Made by a program: the position numbers and the translations under genes. DNA of 36,145 bases, taken from NCBI GenBank assembly GCA_021800315.1, contig JAJYZD010000002.1:1-36145 (forward strand), read 5' to 3'. Positions 1-8,273 of this stretch are shown here, piece by piece. Under the pieces are notes generated by a model. It saw only the letters and a program-made list of their open reading frames with translations. It was not told the DNA's origin and made no database searches. The stretch comes from Bacillota bacterium. Lineage in GTDB: Bacteria > Bacillota > Desulfotomaculia > Desulfotomaculales > JAJYZD01. Position 1 is the first letter of the stretch; the number at the start of each line of letters is the position of its first letter.

Positions 1-827
1 GGATAAAAAGCGGGTTCATCGGCAAACTGGCGGACGATGCTTTCGGGCGTTACCTGCACGGGGTCCTTGCCGGAAACGGCGTCGATGGGCGGGGCATATC
101 CTTCACCGCCGAAGGCCGGACCGGTCTTGCCTTTATTTCCCTGACCGCGTCCGGACAGAGGGACTTTTTGTTTTATCGCGAACGGGGCGCCGACACGCTT
201 CTGGAAGAGGGGGATATCGACCGGGTGGACCTTACGGGAGCGGAAGTTTTGCACCACGGCTCCGTCTCCCTGACCGGTCAGCCTTCCCGCGGCGCCACGG
301 AGAAAGCCGTGCAGTCGGGCCGCCGGCACGGGCTGAAAATATCCTTTGATCCGAACCTGAGACTCTCCCTGTGGCCTTCCGGGGCACACGCCAGGGATGT
401 GGTTTGCGGGATGATGAGCGCGGTTGATCTTTTGAAACTGAACGAGGAAGAACTGTCCTTTCTCAGCGGCCGGGGGGACGTTGAGGAAGGCGCCCGGTGG
501 GCGTTGGAGCGCCAGGCCGGTTTGGTGGTGGTTACCCTGGGCGCCGGGGGCTGCCTGTTTATGAACCGGGTCAGCCAGGGCAGGGTGCCGGGGTGGCCGG
601 TGCGGGCGTTGGATACAACCGGGGCCGGCGACGCCTTTATGGCCGGACTTCTGGCGGCCCTGTTGGAAGGGGCGCATGCCGGCTGGGCCTCCCTCGACGG
701 GGATGCCCTTGGGCAGGCCTGCCGCTTTGCCAACGCCGCCGCCGCCATCAGCACGACCCGGATGGGTGCTATTGGGTCTTTGGCGTTTAAAGAAGAAGTA
801 TTATCCTTTTTGCGGGAAGCCACTTAA
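1..827 (+). CDS. PfkB-family carbohydrate kinase (fructokinase-like), 5' end cut by window edge
   Basis: Frame 3 is open from nt 3 (IKSGFIGKLADDAFGRYLHGVLAGNGVDGRGISFTAEGRTGLAFISL...) and runs into ORF 168..827. It has the DTTGAGDAF motif near the C-terminus typical of the PfkB/ribokinase family. TTG at 168 is an ORF-caller artefact. Confidence 0.85.
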   Translation, partial: IKSGFIGKLADDAFGRYLHGVLAGNGVDGRGISFTAEGRTGLAFISLTASGQRDFLFYRERGADTLLEEGDIDRVDLTGAEVLHHGSVSLTGQPSRGATEKAVQSGRRHGLKISFDPNLRLSLWPSGAHARDVVCGMMSAVDLLKLNEEELSFLSGRGDVEEGARWALERQAGLVVVTLGAGGCLFMNRVSQGRVPGWPVRALDTTGAGDAFMAGLLAALLEGAHAGWASLDGDALGQACRFANAAAAISTTRMGAIGSLAFKEEVLSFLREAT

Positions 828-1559
828 GAGTGACGCCGCGCCGGAATCCACAATGGCGGTAAACGCGGGATGCCGTTGAAGGGTCGAGGCCGGCACCGTA
901 GTGGTCACCGGACCCGCCAGGGCCGCCGCCACAGCTTCGGCTTTCGGGGCGCCGCTGGCCAGCAGCAGGACGGACCGGGCCTGCCGGATGGTGGCCAATC
1001 CCATGGAAATGGCCTCGCGGGGCACCTGGGCCGGGGTTTTGAAATACCGGGCGTTGGCCGATATGGTCTCCGGGGTCAGGTTCACGGGGCCGGTGCGGGA
1101 ATCGAAGGGCCGGCCCGGCTCATTGAACCCGATGTGGCCGTTTACCCCTATGCCCAGCACGGCCAGGTCCAGGCCGCCGGCGGACGCGATCTCCTCTTCG
1201 TACCGGCGGCCCGCTTCGACGGCGTCCGGAAACCGGCTGTCGGGTACGTGGACGGCCGGGACATTGACCAGCCGCATAAAGTTCTGGCGGATGAAGTGGT
1301 AAAAGCTGCCTTTATCCCGGGGGCCGAGTCCGTGGTATTCGTCCAGCAGAAAGAAAGTCGCCCGGGAAAGGTCCAGGCCGCCTTTCCTGTACATCCCGCC
1401 CAGTTGCCGGTACATCCCCACCGGGGTGCGGCCGGAAGGAATGGCCATTACCAGGTCCGGTTTTTCCTGCACCAGGCCGGCTACAAAAGAGGCCGCCAGG
1501 CTGCTCATTTCCTTGTAACCGGAAGCGATGACGATCTTCGTCGGGATCACCCTCTCCAT
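801..1559 (-). CDS. nagB: glucosamine-6-phosphate deaminase (NagB/6-phosphogluconolactonase fold)
   Basis: ORF 801..1622(-) has PSGRTP, LLDEY and GIGVNGHIGFNEPG motifs. Start placed at ATG 1559 (MERVIPTKIVIASGY); upstream extension judged non-coding. Confidence 0.85.
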   Translation of the reverse strand: MERVIPTKIVIASGYKEMSSLAASFVAGLVQEKPDLVMAIPSGRTPVGMYRQLGGMYRKGGLDLSRATFFLLDEYHGLGPRDKGSFYHFIRQNFMRLVNVPAVHVPDSRFPDAVEAGRRYEEEIASAGGLDLAVLGIGVNGHIGFNEPGRPFDSRTGPVNLTPETISANARYFKTPAQVPREAISMGLATIRQARSVLLLASGAPKAEAVAAALAGPVTTTVPASTLQRHPAFTAIVDSGAASLLSGFPQKG

Positions 1560-1674
1560 CGCGGCCGCGGTCCGCCGGTCCCGGAACCCCGCAGCGGCAA
1601 GTCCTTGCCCTGATTGTAACATCAGACCGGCCGTGGCGGCAAGGATTGCAACGCGCCTGAGTGGACAGGGTTCG

Positions 1675-2385
1675 TCAGTGCGCCAGGAGGGAGACCCCGG
1701 AGATGAAGCCGAAGCCGGCGACCAACCCCAGGTAGGCGCTTTTGGCGCCCAGTTGCCGGGACTTGGGAAGAAGTTCCCCGACCACGATGTAGGTCATGGC
1801 GCCGGCGGCCAGGGCCAGCAGCGGCCCGATCAGCGCGGCGTGGGAGCGGATCGCCGTCAGGCCCAGGAAGGTGCCCAGCGGGGTTACGAAGCTGATGAGG
1901 ACGCACAGGCCGATCACCCGGCCGGAACTCATGCCGCCGTAGCGGAGCGGCGCGGCGATGGCGAGGCCCTCCGGGATGTTGTGCAGGCCGATGGCCAGGG
2001 CCAGGAAGGGTCCGATAGTGCCGGTGGCAAAGCCGGCGGCGATGGCGAGGCCCTCCGGCAGGTCGTGCAGGGCGATGCCGGCCGCGATCAGGTAGCCCAT
2101 GCGGAGGAACACGGCGGTTTCCGCGGCGGCAACGTCCAGGTGGCTTAAAAGGACTTCGGTCAGGCCGAGGAGGCCGATGCCGGCGGCGAAGCCGCCCAGG
2201 GTGCTGATCAGGCCGTAACCAAGGCTGGCCGGCAGAAGGTCGAGCGTGACCACCGCGGCCATGACGCCGGCGGCGACGCCCAGCAAAAGGGAAAAAGTCT
2301 TTGGTTTCAGTTGGCCGAAAAAGGCCGGGCCCACCGCGCCTGCTACGGTACCCAACCCGGCCGCCAGGGAAAGGATCAGTTCCAT
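1675..2385 (-). CDS. ZIP-family divalent metal (zinc) transporter
   Basis: 236-aa polytopic membrane protein with duplicated HNIPEGLAIA / HDLPEGLAIA motifs characteristic of ZupT/ZIP permeases. Confidence 0.85.
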   Translation of the reverse strand: MELILSLAAGLGTVAGAVGPAFFGQLKPKTFSLLLGVAAGVMAAVVTLDLLPASLGYGLISTLGGFAAGIGLLGLTEVLLSHLDVAAAETAVFLRMGYLIAAGIALHDLPEGLAIAAGFATGTIGPFLALAIGLHNIPEGLAIAAPLRYGGMSSGRVIGLCVLISFVTPLGTFLGLTAIRSHAALIGPLLALAAGAMTYIVVGELLPKSRQLGAKSAYLGLVAGFGFISGVSLLAH

Positions 2386-2472
2386 CCGCCTTTGACCTCG
2401 CTTCCGCCGGTTAATCTTATGGGCTGGGAAAGCAAGGTATGTCAGGTTCGTGTTTTTTTACCCGGGCCGGTA

Positions 2473-2481
2473 TGGTATACT
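2473..2481 (+). promoter_or_regulatory. candidate extended -10 element (TGgTATACT) for ispE
   Basis: TGGTATACT lies 33 nt upstream of ATG 2514, and a GGAAGGAG Shine-Dalgarno sits at 2500-2507. The -35 region is only T-rich. Confidence 0.3.
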
Positions 2482-2513
2482 CGGGGCAACGGTAACACGG
2501 AAGGAGTCGGCCC

Positions 2514-3353
2514 ATGGAGATAAGGGCCCGGGCCAAGATCAACCTCACCCTGGACGTGATCGGGCGCCGGCCGGACGGTTACCACGACCTGGCTTCGGTG
2601 ATGCAGGAAATAGACCTGGCCGATACTCTGGTCATGGAGCCGGCGGAGGAGATATCCCTGGTGGTGGATCCTCCCGTGGTGACGGCCGGGGCGGACAACC
2701 TGATCCTGCGGGCGGCGCGTCTCCTGCGGGAATACGGCCGGGTCCGGGAGGGGGCCGCCATCCGCCTTACGAAGAGGATTCCGGTCGGGGCCGGCCTGGG
2801 CGGCGGGTCGGCCGACGCCGCGGCCGCGCTCCAGGGGTTGAACGAACTCTGGGGACTGGGTTTGGAGCCGGGAATGTTGAAGGAGCTGGGGGCCGGTCTG
2901 GGTTCGGACATCCCCTTTTGTTTGACCGGGGGTACGGCCCTGGTCACGGGGCGGGGGGAAGTGGTGGAACCACTGACGCCGCTGCCGGTGATGGACCTGG
3001 TCCTGGTCAGGCCGCCCTTCAAGGTTTCCACGGCCGCAATCTACCGTTTGTGGGACGAGCGGGGTCTTGCGGGCGGGGCGGCTACCGCCGCCATGCTGGA
3101 GGCCGTTACGCGGGGTGACTGGCGCCGCGTGGCCTCTTGCCTGGCCAATGACCTGGAAGCGGTGACCTGCAATCTGCACCCGGAGGTTTTCGCGATCAAG
3201 CGGGGTCTTGCGGGGGCGCTGGCCGTCCTCATGTCCGGCAGCGGACCGACCGTCTTCAGCCTCTGGCCGGAGGTACAGCCGGCCGTGCTCAGCCGGCTTT
3301 TCCCGTCGTACCAGGTCATGTTTACCAGGACGGCCGTTGAGGAACCCGGCTAG
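2514..3353 (+). CDS. ispE: 4-diphosphocytidyl-2-C-methyl-D-erythritol kinase
   Basis: MEIRARAKINLTLDVIGRRPDGYHDL..., GHMP-kinase loop PVGAGLGGGSADAAA, 279 aa, strong SD. Confidence 0.95.
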   Translation: MEIRARAKINLTLDVIGRRPDGYHDLASVMQEIDLADTLVMEPAEEISLVVDPPVVTAGADNLILRAARLLREYGRVREGAAIRLTKRIPVGAGLGGGSADAAAALQGLNELWGLGLEPGMLKELGAGLGSDIPFCLTGGTALVTGRGEVVEPLTPLPVMDLVLVRPPFKVSTAAIYRLWDERGLAGGAATAAMLEAVTRGDWRRVASCLANDLEAVTCNLHPEVFAIKRGLAGALAVLMSGSGPTVFSLWPEVQPAVLSRLFPSYQVMFTRTAVEEPG

Positions 3354-3431
3354 GCAAACGGAATAATTTTGTGTATAATCGGCCTTGGGGAACGTCGGTG
3401 GACCTATTTCTTTCGGCAGGCGGTGTTTTTT

Positions 3432-4118
3432 TTGACCGAGCCGCGTCTTTCTCCCATCCAGTTGGACAACTACAAGCCCCTCCGCGAGGTCGTGTTCGAA
3501 TCTCTGCGCGAAGCGATCATCGGCGGTCGTTTGAAACCGGGCGAGCGCCTGATGGAAGCCCAGTTGGCGGAAGAACTGGGGGTGAGCCGGACGCCGGTGC
3601 GGGAAGCCATCCGCAAACTCGAACTGGAGGGTTTCGTGGCCATGCTCCCCCGCAAGGGAGCGTACGTGGCCGGCATTTCCCTGAAGGACATCGTGGACGT
3701 CTTTGAAATCAGGGGGGCCCTGGAGGCCCTGGCCGCCGGCCTGGCGGCCGAGCGGATCACCGAGGGGGAACTGGACCAGATGGAGCGGTGCCTGCTGCAG
3801 GCGTCCGAGGCCGGCGACCGGGAAAACCTGAGCGCCTTCGTGGCGGTGGACACAGGGTTCCACGAGCTGATCTACAGGGCCAGCCGCAACCAGCGCCTTT
3901 TCCAGATCGTAACCCTCCTCCAGGAGCAGGTGCAGCGGTTTCGGACCGTGTCCCTGTCCCAGCCGGGACGCTTCAAGGATGCCACCGAGGAGCACCGGCA
4001 GATTATCGAGGCCATTTCCGAACGCAACGTGGAACTGGCCCAGAACCTGGCCAAGGAACATATCGAGAACGCCGAGCAGAGCATGCTGCAAAGTCTCAAA
4101 GAGGTCGATGTACGATGA
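3432..4118 (+). CDS. GntR/FadR-type transcriptional regulator (wHTH + FCD domain)
   Basis: LREAIIGGRLKPGERLMEAQLAEELGVSRTPVREAIRKLELEGF is a GntR HTH, followed by a helical FCD-like C-terminal domain. The TTG at 3369 overlaps a TATAAT-like box, so the in-frame TTG at 3432 is preferred. The start is uncertain. Confidence 0.85.
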   Translation: MTEPRLSPIQLDNYKPLREVVFESLREAIIGGRLKPGERLMEAQLAEELGVSRTPVREAIRKLELEGFVAMLPRKGAYVAGISLKDIVDVFEIRGALEALAAGLAAERITEGELDQMERCLLQASEAGDRENLSAFVAVDTGFHELIYRASRNQRLFQIVTLLQEQVQRFRTVSLSQPGRFKDATEEHRQIIEAISERNVELAQNLAKEHIENAEQSMLQSLKEVDVR

Positions 4119-4864
4119 TAGGCGCGCTGATCCTGGCGGGCAGCCCGAACACGGGGCCCCTGGCCGCCGCGAGCCAGGAGGCCTGGGAAGCCCTCATTCC
4201 GGTGAACGGCCGGCCGATGATCGCCTACGTGATGGATGCCCTGGCCGGTGCGGGACGTCTGGCGCAAACGGTTGTGGTGGGCCCTGAGGAACTGCGGGGC
4301 CGGACCGGCGGGGATGTTTCCCTGGCGCCGCCCGGACCCGGGCTCATGTCCGTCCTGGCGGCGGCCATGGACCGCTTCGCGGGGATGGAGAGGGTGCTCA
4401 TCGCGACGTCGGACATCCCCATGCTTACGGCGGGGGCGGTAACCGCCTTTCTGGACGCCTGCGGGGATATGGGCCGGGACATATACTACCCGGTGGTTAC
4501 GAGCCGCTGTATCGAGGAGCGGTACCCGGGCTGCAAACGCACTTACATACCTTTTCGGGAAGGGGTCTTCACCGGGGGAAACCTCTTCCTGGTCAATCCG
4601 GCGGTCATGGCCCGGTGCGCTGAAAAAGGGCAGATCTTCCTGGAAGCCCGCAAGAGCCCGCTTAAGCTCTCCCGGCTGGTCGGCTGGACTTTCCTGGTCC
4701 GGTTCCTTTTGCACCTGGTCAGCCTCCGGGAGGCCGAGACCAGGATGACCCGGCTCCTGGGCGTGACCGGCCGGGTGCTCGTGCTGGACTACCCGGAGAT
4801 AGGGGTGGACGTGGACAAGCCGGACGATCTGGCCCTGGCCAGGCGGGTCCTCGGCGGGGAATGA
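4115..4864 (+). CDS. MobA-like NTP-transferase domain protein (nucleotidyltransferase, substrate unknown)
   Basis: MIGALILAGSPNTGPL...LIPVNGRPM is a nucleotidyltransferase N-terminal signature. The ATG overlaps the GntR stop (ATGA at 4115-4118). Confidence 0.75.
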   Translation: MIGALILAGSPNTGPLAAASQEAWEALIPVNGRPMIAYVMDALAGAGRLAQTVVVGPEELRGRTGGDVSLAPPGPGLMSVLAAAMDRFAGMERVLIATSDIPMLTAGAVTAFLDACGDMGRDIYYPVVTSRCIEERYPGCKRTYIPFREGVFTGGNLFLVNPAVMARCAEKGQIFLEARKSPLKLSRLVGWTFLVRFLLHLVSLREAETRMTRLLGVTGRVLVLDYPEIGVDVDKPDDLALARRVLGGE

Positions 4865-4877
4865 CCCAAAAGCATCG

Positions 4878-5054
4878 GTGGGGGGGATTCGTATCAGCGG
4901 CGAACATGAGGTCGGGCCGGACGAAAAGATCGCCCAACTAAAGGCCAGGATCGAGGATCTCCAGCGGCGGATGCCCGCCCACACGCCCAGGGCGTCCATG
5001 ATCAGGGAACTGGAGGAACTGGAAGAGGAGCTGGAGCGGCTCCTGGGGTCATAA
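4878..5054 (+). CDS. small (58 aa) coiled-coil protein, not in supplied ORF track
   Basis: GTG 4878 to TAA 5052-5054 translates as VGGIRISGEHEVGPDEKIAQLKARIEDLQRRMPAHTPRASMIRELEELEEELERLLGS. Third-codon positions are strongly G/C as in neighbouring genes. There is no clear SD, so it may be coupled to the upstream stop at 4862-4864. Confidence 0.45.
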   Translation: MGGIRISGEHEVGPDEKIAQLKARIEDLQRRMPAHTPRASMIRELEELEEELERLLGS

Positions 5055-5118
5055 GCCGTCCCCCTGGTGTCATACTATGGGACAGAGGCTTGGGCAAACC
5101 CCGTGGGGAGTTTTGGTA

Positions 5119-6594
5119 GTGCGTCTGTCCAGCTTGCTTTCCGGGTGGGTTGGCGACCCCGACCCGCAGGTGTGCGGATTGGCCTACGATTCACGCCGGG
5201 TACAACCGGGTTTTCTTTTCTTTTGCATCCCGGGCTTGCGCCGGGACGGCCACGATTTTCTCGGCGAAGCCTGGCGCCGCGGGGCGGTGGCTGCGGTGGT
5301 GGAAAAGCCGGTGGCCGAAGCTCCGCTGCCGGTTTACCGGGTGGACAACTGCCGGCGGGCCCTGGCCCGGACCAGCGCGGTTTTTTACGGCCATCCCGCC
5401 GCCGGCCTGACCGTCGTGGGGATATCCGGGACCAACGGCAAGACCACGGTCAGTTACTGGCTCGAGGCCATCTACGCCCGGTGCGGGTTTGCGACCGGCC
5501 TTATCGGTACCATCCAGTACCGCTGCGGCGGCTTTACGACGCCGTCCGGCATGACCACGCCCGAATCCCTCGACCTGCAGGCTCTCCTGTACCATATGAG
5601 CAAAAAGGGGGCCAGCCACGTCGTCATGGAGGTTTCTTCCCACGCTCTGGCCCTGGAGCGGGTTTTCGGTCTGGCGTTCGATTGTACCGTACTGACCAAT
5701 GTAACCCACGACCACCTGGATTTCCACCGGGACCTGGAAGATTACCGCGCCGTAAAGGCGGGTTTCCGTAAGTTTCTGCGGGCGGACGGCGGCCTGTTCG
5801 TTACCAACGCCGACGACCCTTTTTGCGCCGCGTTGAAGCCCGGTGAGGGCGCCGGCCTGGTTTCGTTCGGTTTCGGGGAGGATTCCCTGGTCCGGGCCCG
5901 GGACTATGTTCTGGGCTCCGATGGCACCCGGGCGGTGATCAGCCTGGGGGGCTATCCATTGCCGGTCAGGCTCAACCTGCCCGGCCAATTCAACCTGGCC
6001 AACGCGTGCGCCGCCGCCGCCGTGGCTTTCGGGCAGGGGGTGGAGCCGGACCTGATCAGGGAAGGGCTGGAGTCCCTGACCGCGGTCCCCGGCCGGTGCG
6101 AGGCCGTGGATACCGGGGCGGGGTTCCGGGTCGTCATCGACTTCGCCCACAACCCGGACGCCCTGGCCAAGCTGCTTACCCTTGCTCCGCCGGAGCCTTA
6201 CGGGCGCAAGATACTGGTGTTCGGCTGCGAGGGCGGGAAAGACCGGACCAAACGGCCGCTCATGGGCGCGGTGGCCGCCAGCCAGGCCGACTACGCCATC
6301 CTGACCTGTGACAACGTCCACAACGAAGAGCCGGAACAAATATTCCGGGAGGTCATGGTAGGAATGGGTACCGGTCCGGGAAACCACGAGATCGTTCCCG
6401 ACCGCTGCCTGGCCATAAAGCGGGCCCTGGAACTGGCGGAGCGCGGGGACCTGGTCCTGGTGGCCGGCAAGGGCCACGAGGACCAAATGGTTGTGCGGGG
6501 ACAATCCCTGCCCTTCAGCGACCGCGAGGTGGTGAACAACCTGATGGGGAGTGAGGCGGCGTGGCCCACGGCACCGTTAACATTGAGGATGTAA
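5119..6594 (+). CDS. murE: Mur ligase family, UDP-MurNAc-L-Ala-D-Glu:2,6-diaminopimelate ligase-like
   Basis: RLSSLL...YDSRRVQPGFLFFCIPG...GHDF, P-loop GISGTNGKTT, C-terminal DNPR-like region (HNPDAL). GTG 5119 is preceded by GGGGAG at 5104-5109; ATG 5077 has no SD. Confidence 0.9.
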   Translation: MRLSSLLSGWVGDPDPQVCGLAYDSRRVQPGFLFFCIPGLRRDGHDFLGEAWRRGAVAAVVEKPVAEAPLPVYRVDNCRRALARTSAVFYGHPAAGLTVVGISGTNGKTTVSYWLEAIYARCGFATGLIGTIQYRCGGFTTPSGMTTPESLDLQALLYHMSKKGASHVVMEVSSHALALERVFGLAFDCTVLTNVTHDHLDFHRDLEDYRAVKAGFRKFLRADGGLFVTNADDPFCAALKPGEGAGLVSFGFGEDSLVRARDYVLGSDGTRAVISLGGYPLPVRLNLPGQFNLANACAAAAVAFGQGVEPDLIREGLESLTAVPGRCEAVDTGAGFRVVIDFAHNPDALAKLLTLAPPEPYGRKILVFGCEGGKDRTKRPLMGAVAASQADYAILTCDNVHNEEPEQIFREVMVGMGTGPGNHEIVPDRCLAIKRALELAERGDLVLVAGKGHEDQMVVRGQSLPFSDREVVNNLMGSEAAWPTAPLTLRM

Positions 6595-7784
6595 GGGCGG
6601 CTTCGGTCCGGCTGGCTTCCGTTATCCGCCGGACGCCGCTGGAGTATTCGCGCACCCTGAGCGACCTGACCGGAAGCCGGGTCTATCTGAAACTGGAGAA
6701 CCTGCAGAGGACCGGCTCGTTCAAGGTGCGCGGCGCGTACAACTGCCTGGCCGTACTGGGAGAAGAGGGGTTGCCGGGCGGGGTGGTCGCCGCTTCGGCG
6801 GGCAACCACGCCCAGGGGGTGGCACTGGCGGCTTCCCTGGCGGGCCGGGAGGCCACGGTGGTCATGCCCCGGACGGCACCGGTCAGCAAGGTGACCGCTA
6901 CCGCCGGGTACGGGGCGCACGTGGTTCTGACGGGGGAAACCTGGGAGGAGGCCCGCGCCGCGGCTCTCGATATAGCGGGAGAAAGCGGCGCCTTTTTCGT
7001 CCACGCCTTCGACGACCCCAGGGTCATCGCCGGTCAGGGCACCCTGGGCCTGGAGCTTTTGGCCGGGTGTCCGGATCTGGACGCGGTCCTGGTGCCGGTG
7101 GGGGGTGGGGGGCTGGCCGCGGGAGTCGGTCTGGCCGTAAAGTCCTGTCAACCCGGAGTCCGGGTGATCGGGGTCCAGGCCGCCGGCGCCCCCGGAGCCT
7201 GCCTTTCCCACCGGGCCGGTCAGGTAATCGGTGTTCCGGCCGCCACCTTCGCCGACGGCATCGCCGTCCAACAGCCGGGAGAGTTGGCTTTCTCCCTTCT
7301 GCGTCAACACGTTGACGAAATGGTGTTGGTGGAAGAAAGAGACATCGCCGGGGCCATCCTGCTGCTTCTGGAGCGGGCCAAGCTGGTGGTGGAGGGGGCC
7401 GGGGCCGTCGGGGTGGCCGCCCTCCTGGCCGGGCGGGTCGACCTGGCCGGGAAAAACGTGGCCGTGGTGCTAAGCGGCGGCAACATCGACATGAACGCCG
7501 TTTCGGTCATCATCGACCGGGGCCTGGCGGCCGCCGGGCGGACCCTCACCTACCGGACCCGGGTGGCCGACCGGCCCGGTAACCTGCAGCAGTTGCTGGC
7601 CCTGGTGGCCGCCCGGGGCGCCAACGTGATCAGCGTATACCACGACCGGTTGTGCCCGGAAATACCGCTGAAGGAGGCCGTGGTGACGCTGACCATGGAA
7701 ACCAGGGACCACGGCCACGTGGCCGAAATAAGGGAAACTCTGACCGGCGCCGGCTTTACGCCCACAGAGGCGGGGACCTGCTGA
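6561..7784 (+). CDS. ilvA: threonine ammonia-lyase (PLP-dependent, with C-terminal ACT-like domain)
   Basis: RTPLEYSRTLS...YLKLENLQRTGSFKVRGA PLP-lysine motif and SAGNHAQGVA. The GTG start overlaps the murE-like 3' end by 34 nt. Confidence 0.9.
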   Translation: MAHGTVNIEDVRAASVRLASVIRRTPLEYSRTLSDLTGSRVYLKLENLQRTGSFKVRGAYNCLAVLGEEGLPGGVVAASAGNHAQGVALAASLAGREATVVMPRTAPVSKVTATAGYGAHVVLTGETWEEARAAALDIAGESGAFFVHAFDDPRVIAGQGTLGLELLAGCPDLDAVLVPVGGGGLAAGVGLAVKSCQPGVRVIGVQAAGAPGACLSHRAGQVIGVPAATFADGIAVQQPGELAFSLLRQHVDEMVLVEERDIAGAILLLLERAKLVVEGAGAVGVAALLAGRVDLAGKNVAVVLSGGNIDMNAVSVIIDRGLAAAGRTLTYRTRVADRPGNLQQLLALVAARGANVISVYHDRLCPEIPLKEAVVTLTMETRDHGHVAEIRETLTGAGFTPTEAGTC

Positions 7785-7890
7785 CCACCGCAGGCTTTTT
7801 CGCCGCGACCGGTAAGGCCCGAATCCCTCGGATCGGAGAATGCCGCCGGGGGTAAGCCGCTTTGGTTTAAAGTATTCTTTAAGAAAACTG

Positions 7891-7919
7891 TTGACAGTCT
7901 CCCCAACTGCCCCTATAAT
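7891..7919 (+). promoter_or_regulatory. consensus sigma-A-type promoter
   Basis: TTGACA (7891-7896), a 17-nt spacer, then TATAAT (7914-7919). Both hexamers match consensus perfectly. Confidence 0.6.
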
Positions 7920-7928
7920 GGATTCACC

Positions 7929-8068
7929 GGTATACGGGGTCAGGAAGTACTGACCGGGAGCAAAGAAGCTCTCAGGATAACAGTGTACCGGGTTTCCAGG
8001 AGAAGGCTGATCCGGGTAATTGAATACATAGAGGGATGAACCTCTACAGGGCAAGGGAGCTCACTTGG
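7929..8068 (+). promoter_or_regulatory. structured 5' leader, riboswitch candidate (tandem glycine-riboswitch-like)
   Basis: Unit 1: helix GGTATAC (7929-7935) / GTGTACC (7983-7989) encloses GGGG-hairpin(TCAG gaagta CTGA)-CCGGGAGCAA...CTCTCAGGATAACA. Unit 2: CCAGG (7996-8000) / CTTGG (8064-8068) encloses GGAGAAGG...TAGAGGgatgaaCCTCTA-CAGGGCAAGGGAGC. These resemble the ACCGAAGGGGCAA and CUCUCAGGCAAAAGGAC cores of glycine aptamers. The class call was made by eye only. Confidence 0.4.
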
Positions 8069-8143
8069 TGGGTTCCCTTTGCGGCTTTCAAGGTTTAGGA
8101 TAAGCGCGTCCAAAGGGAGACAACGACCGCAGGCCAGGGCAAC

Positions 8144-8170
8144 GGGGCTCAAAAGAGCCCCGTTTTGTTT
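8144..8170 (+). terminator. intrinsic terminator inside the leader (attenuator)
   Basis: GGGGCTC aaaa GAGCCCC followed by GTTTTGTTT, about 100 nt upstream of the permease start. Confidence 0.7.
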
Positions 8171-8273
8171 ATCTAAGGAGGTGGTGCGAAGTCCCTCAGT
8201 GCATGACCCCGACTCAAATCTGGTGATACCTTCACCGGAGAATCACTTTCAGTGGTGAAAGGAGCAATTTATT

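Noticed and set aside
2442-4091. 549-aa minus-strand ORF, and similar long antisense/alternate-frame ORFs (for example 3872-4999(-), 5191-6504(-), 6291-7310(-), 9072-10616(-), 10445-11407(-), 18971-19774(+), 32162-33544(-))
   Set aside because: They lie opposite or out of frame to genes with unmistakable family motifs. Their products are R/P/G/H-rich low-complexity sequences. Such stop-free shadow frames are expected in GC-rich DNA.
7926-8170. T-box leader interpretation (TGGTGGGTTCCCTTTGCGG at about 8066-8084 versus the T-box GGGTGGTACCGCG)
   Set aside because: There is no convincing Stem I elements (AG bulge, distal loop, specifier loop with GAA...A). The putative T-box sequence does not overlap the terminator 5' arm as required for an antiterminator.
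8175-8226. Strong AAGGAGG at 8175-8181 just after the leader terminator, considered as the SD of a leader peptide
   Set aside because: The adjacent GTGs are too close, and the nearest ATG (8203) is 21 nt away and opens only a 7-codon frame. No plausible peptide results.
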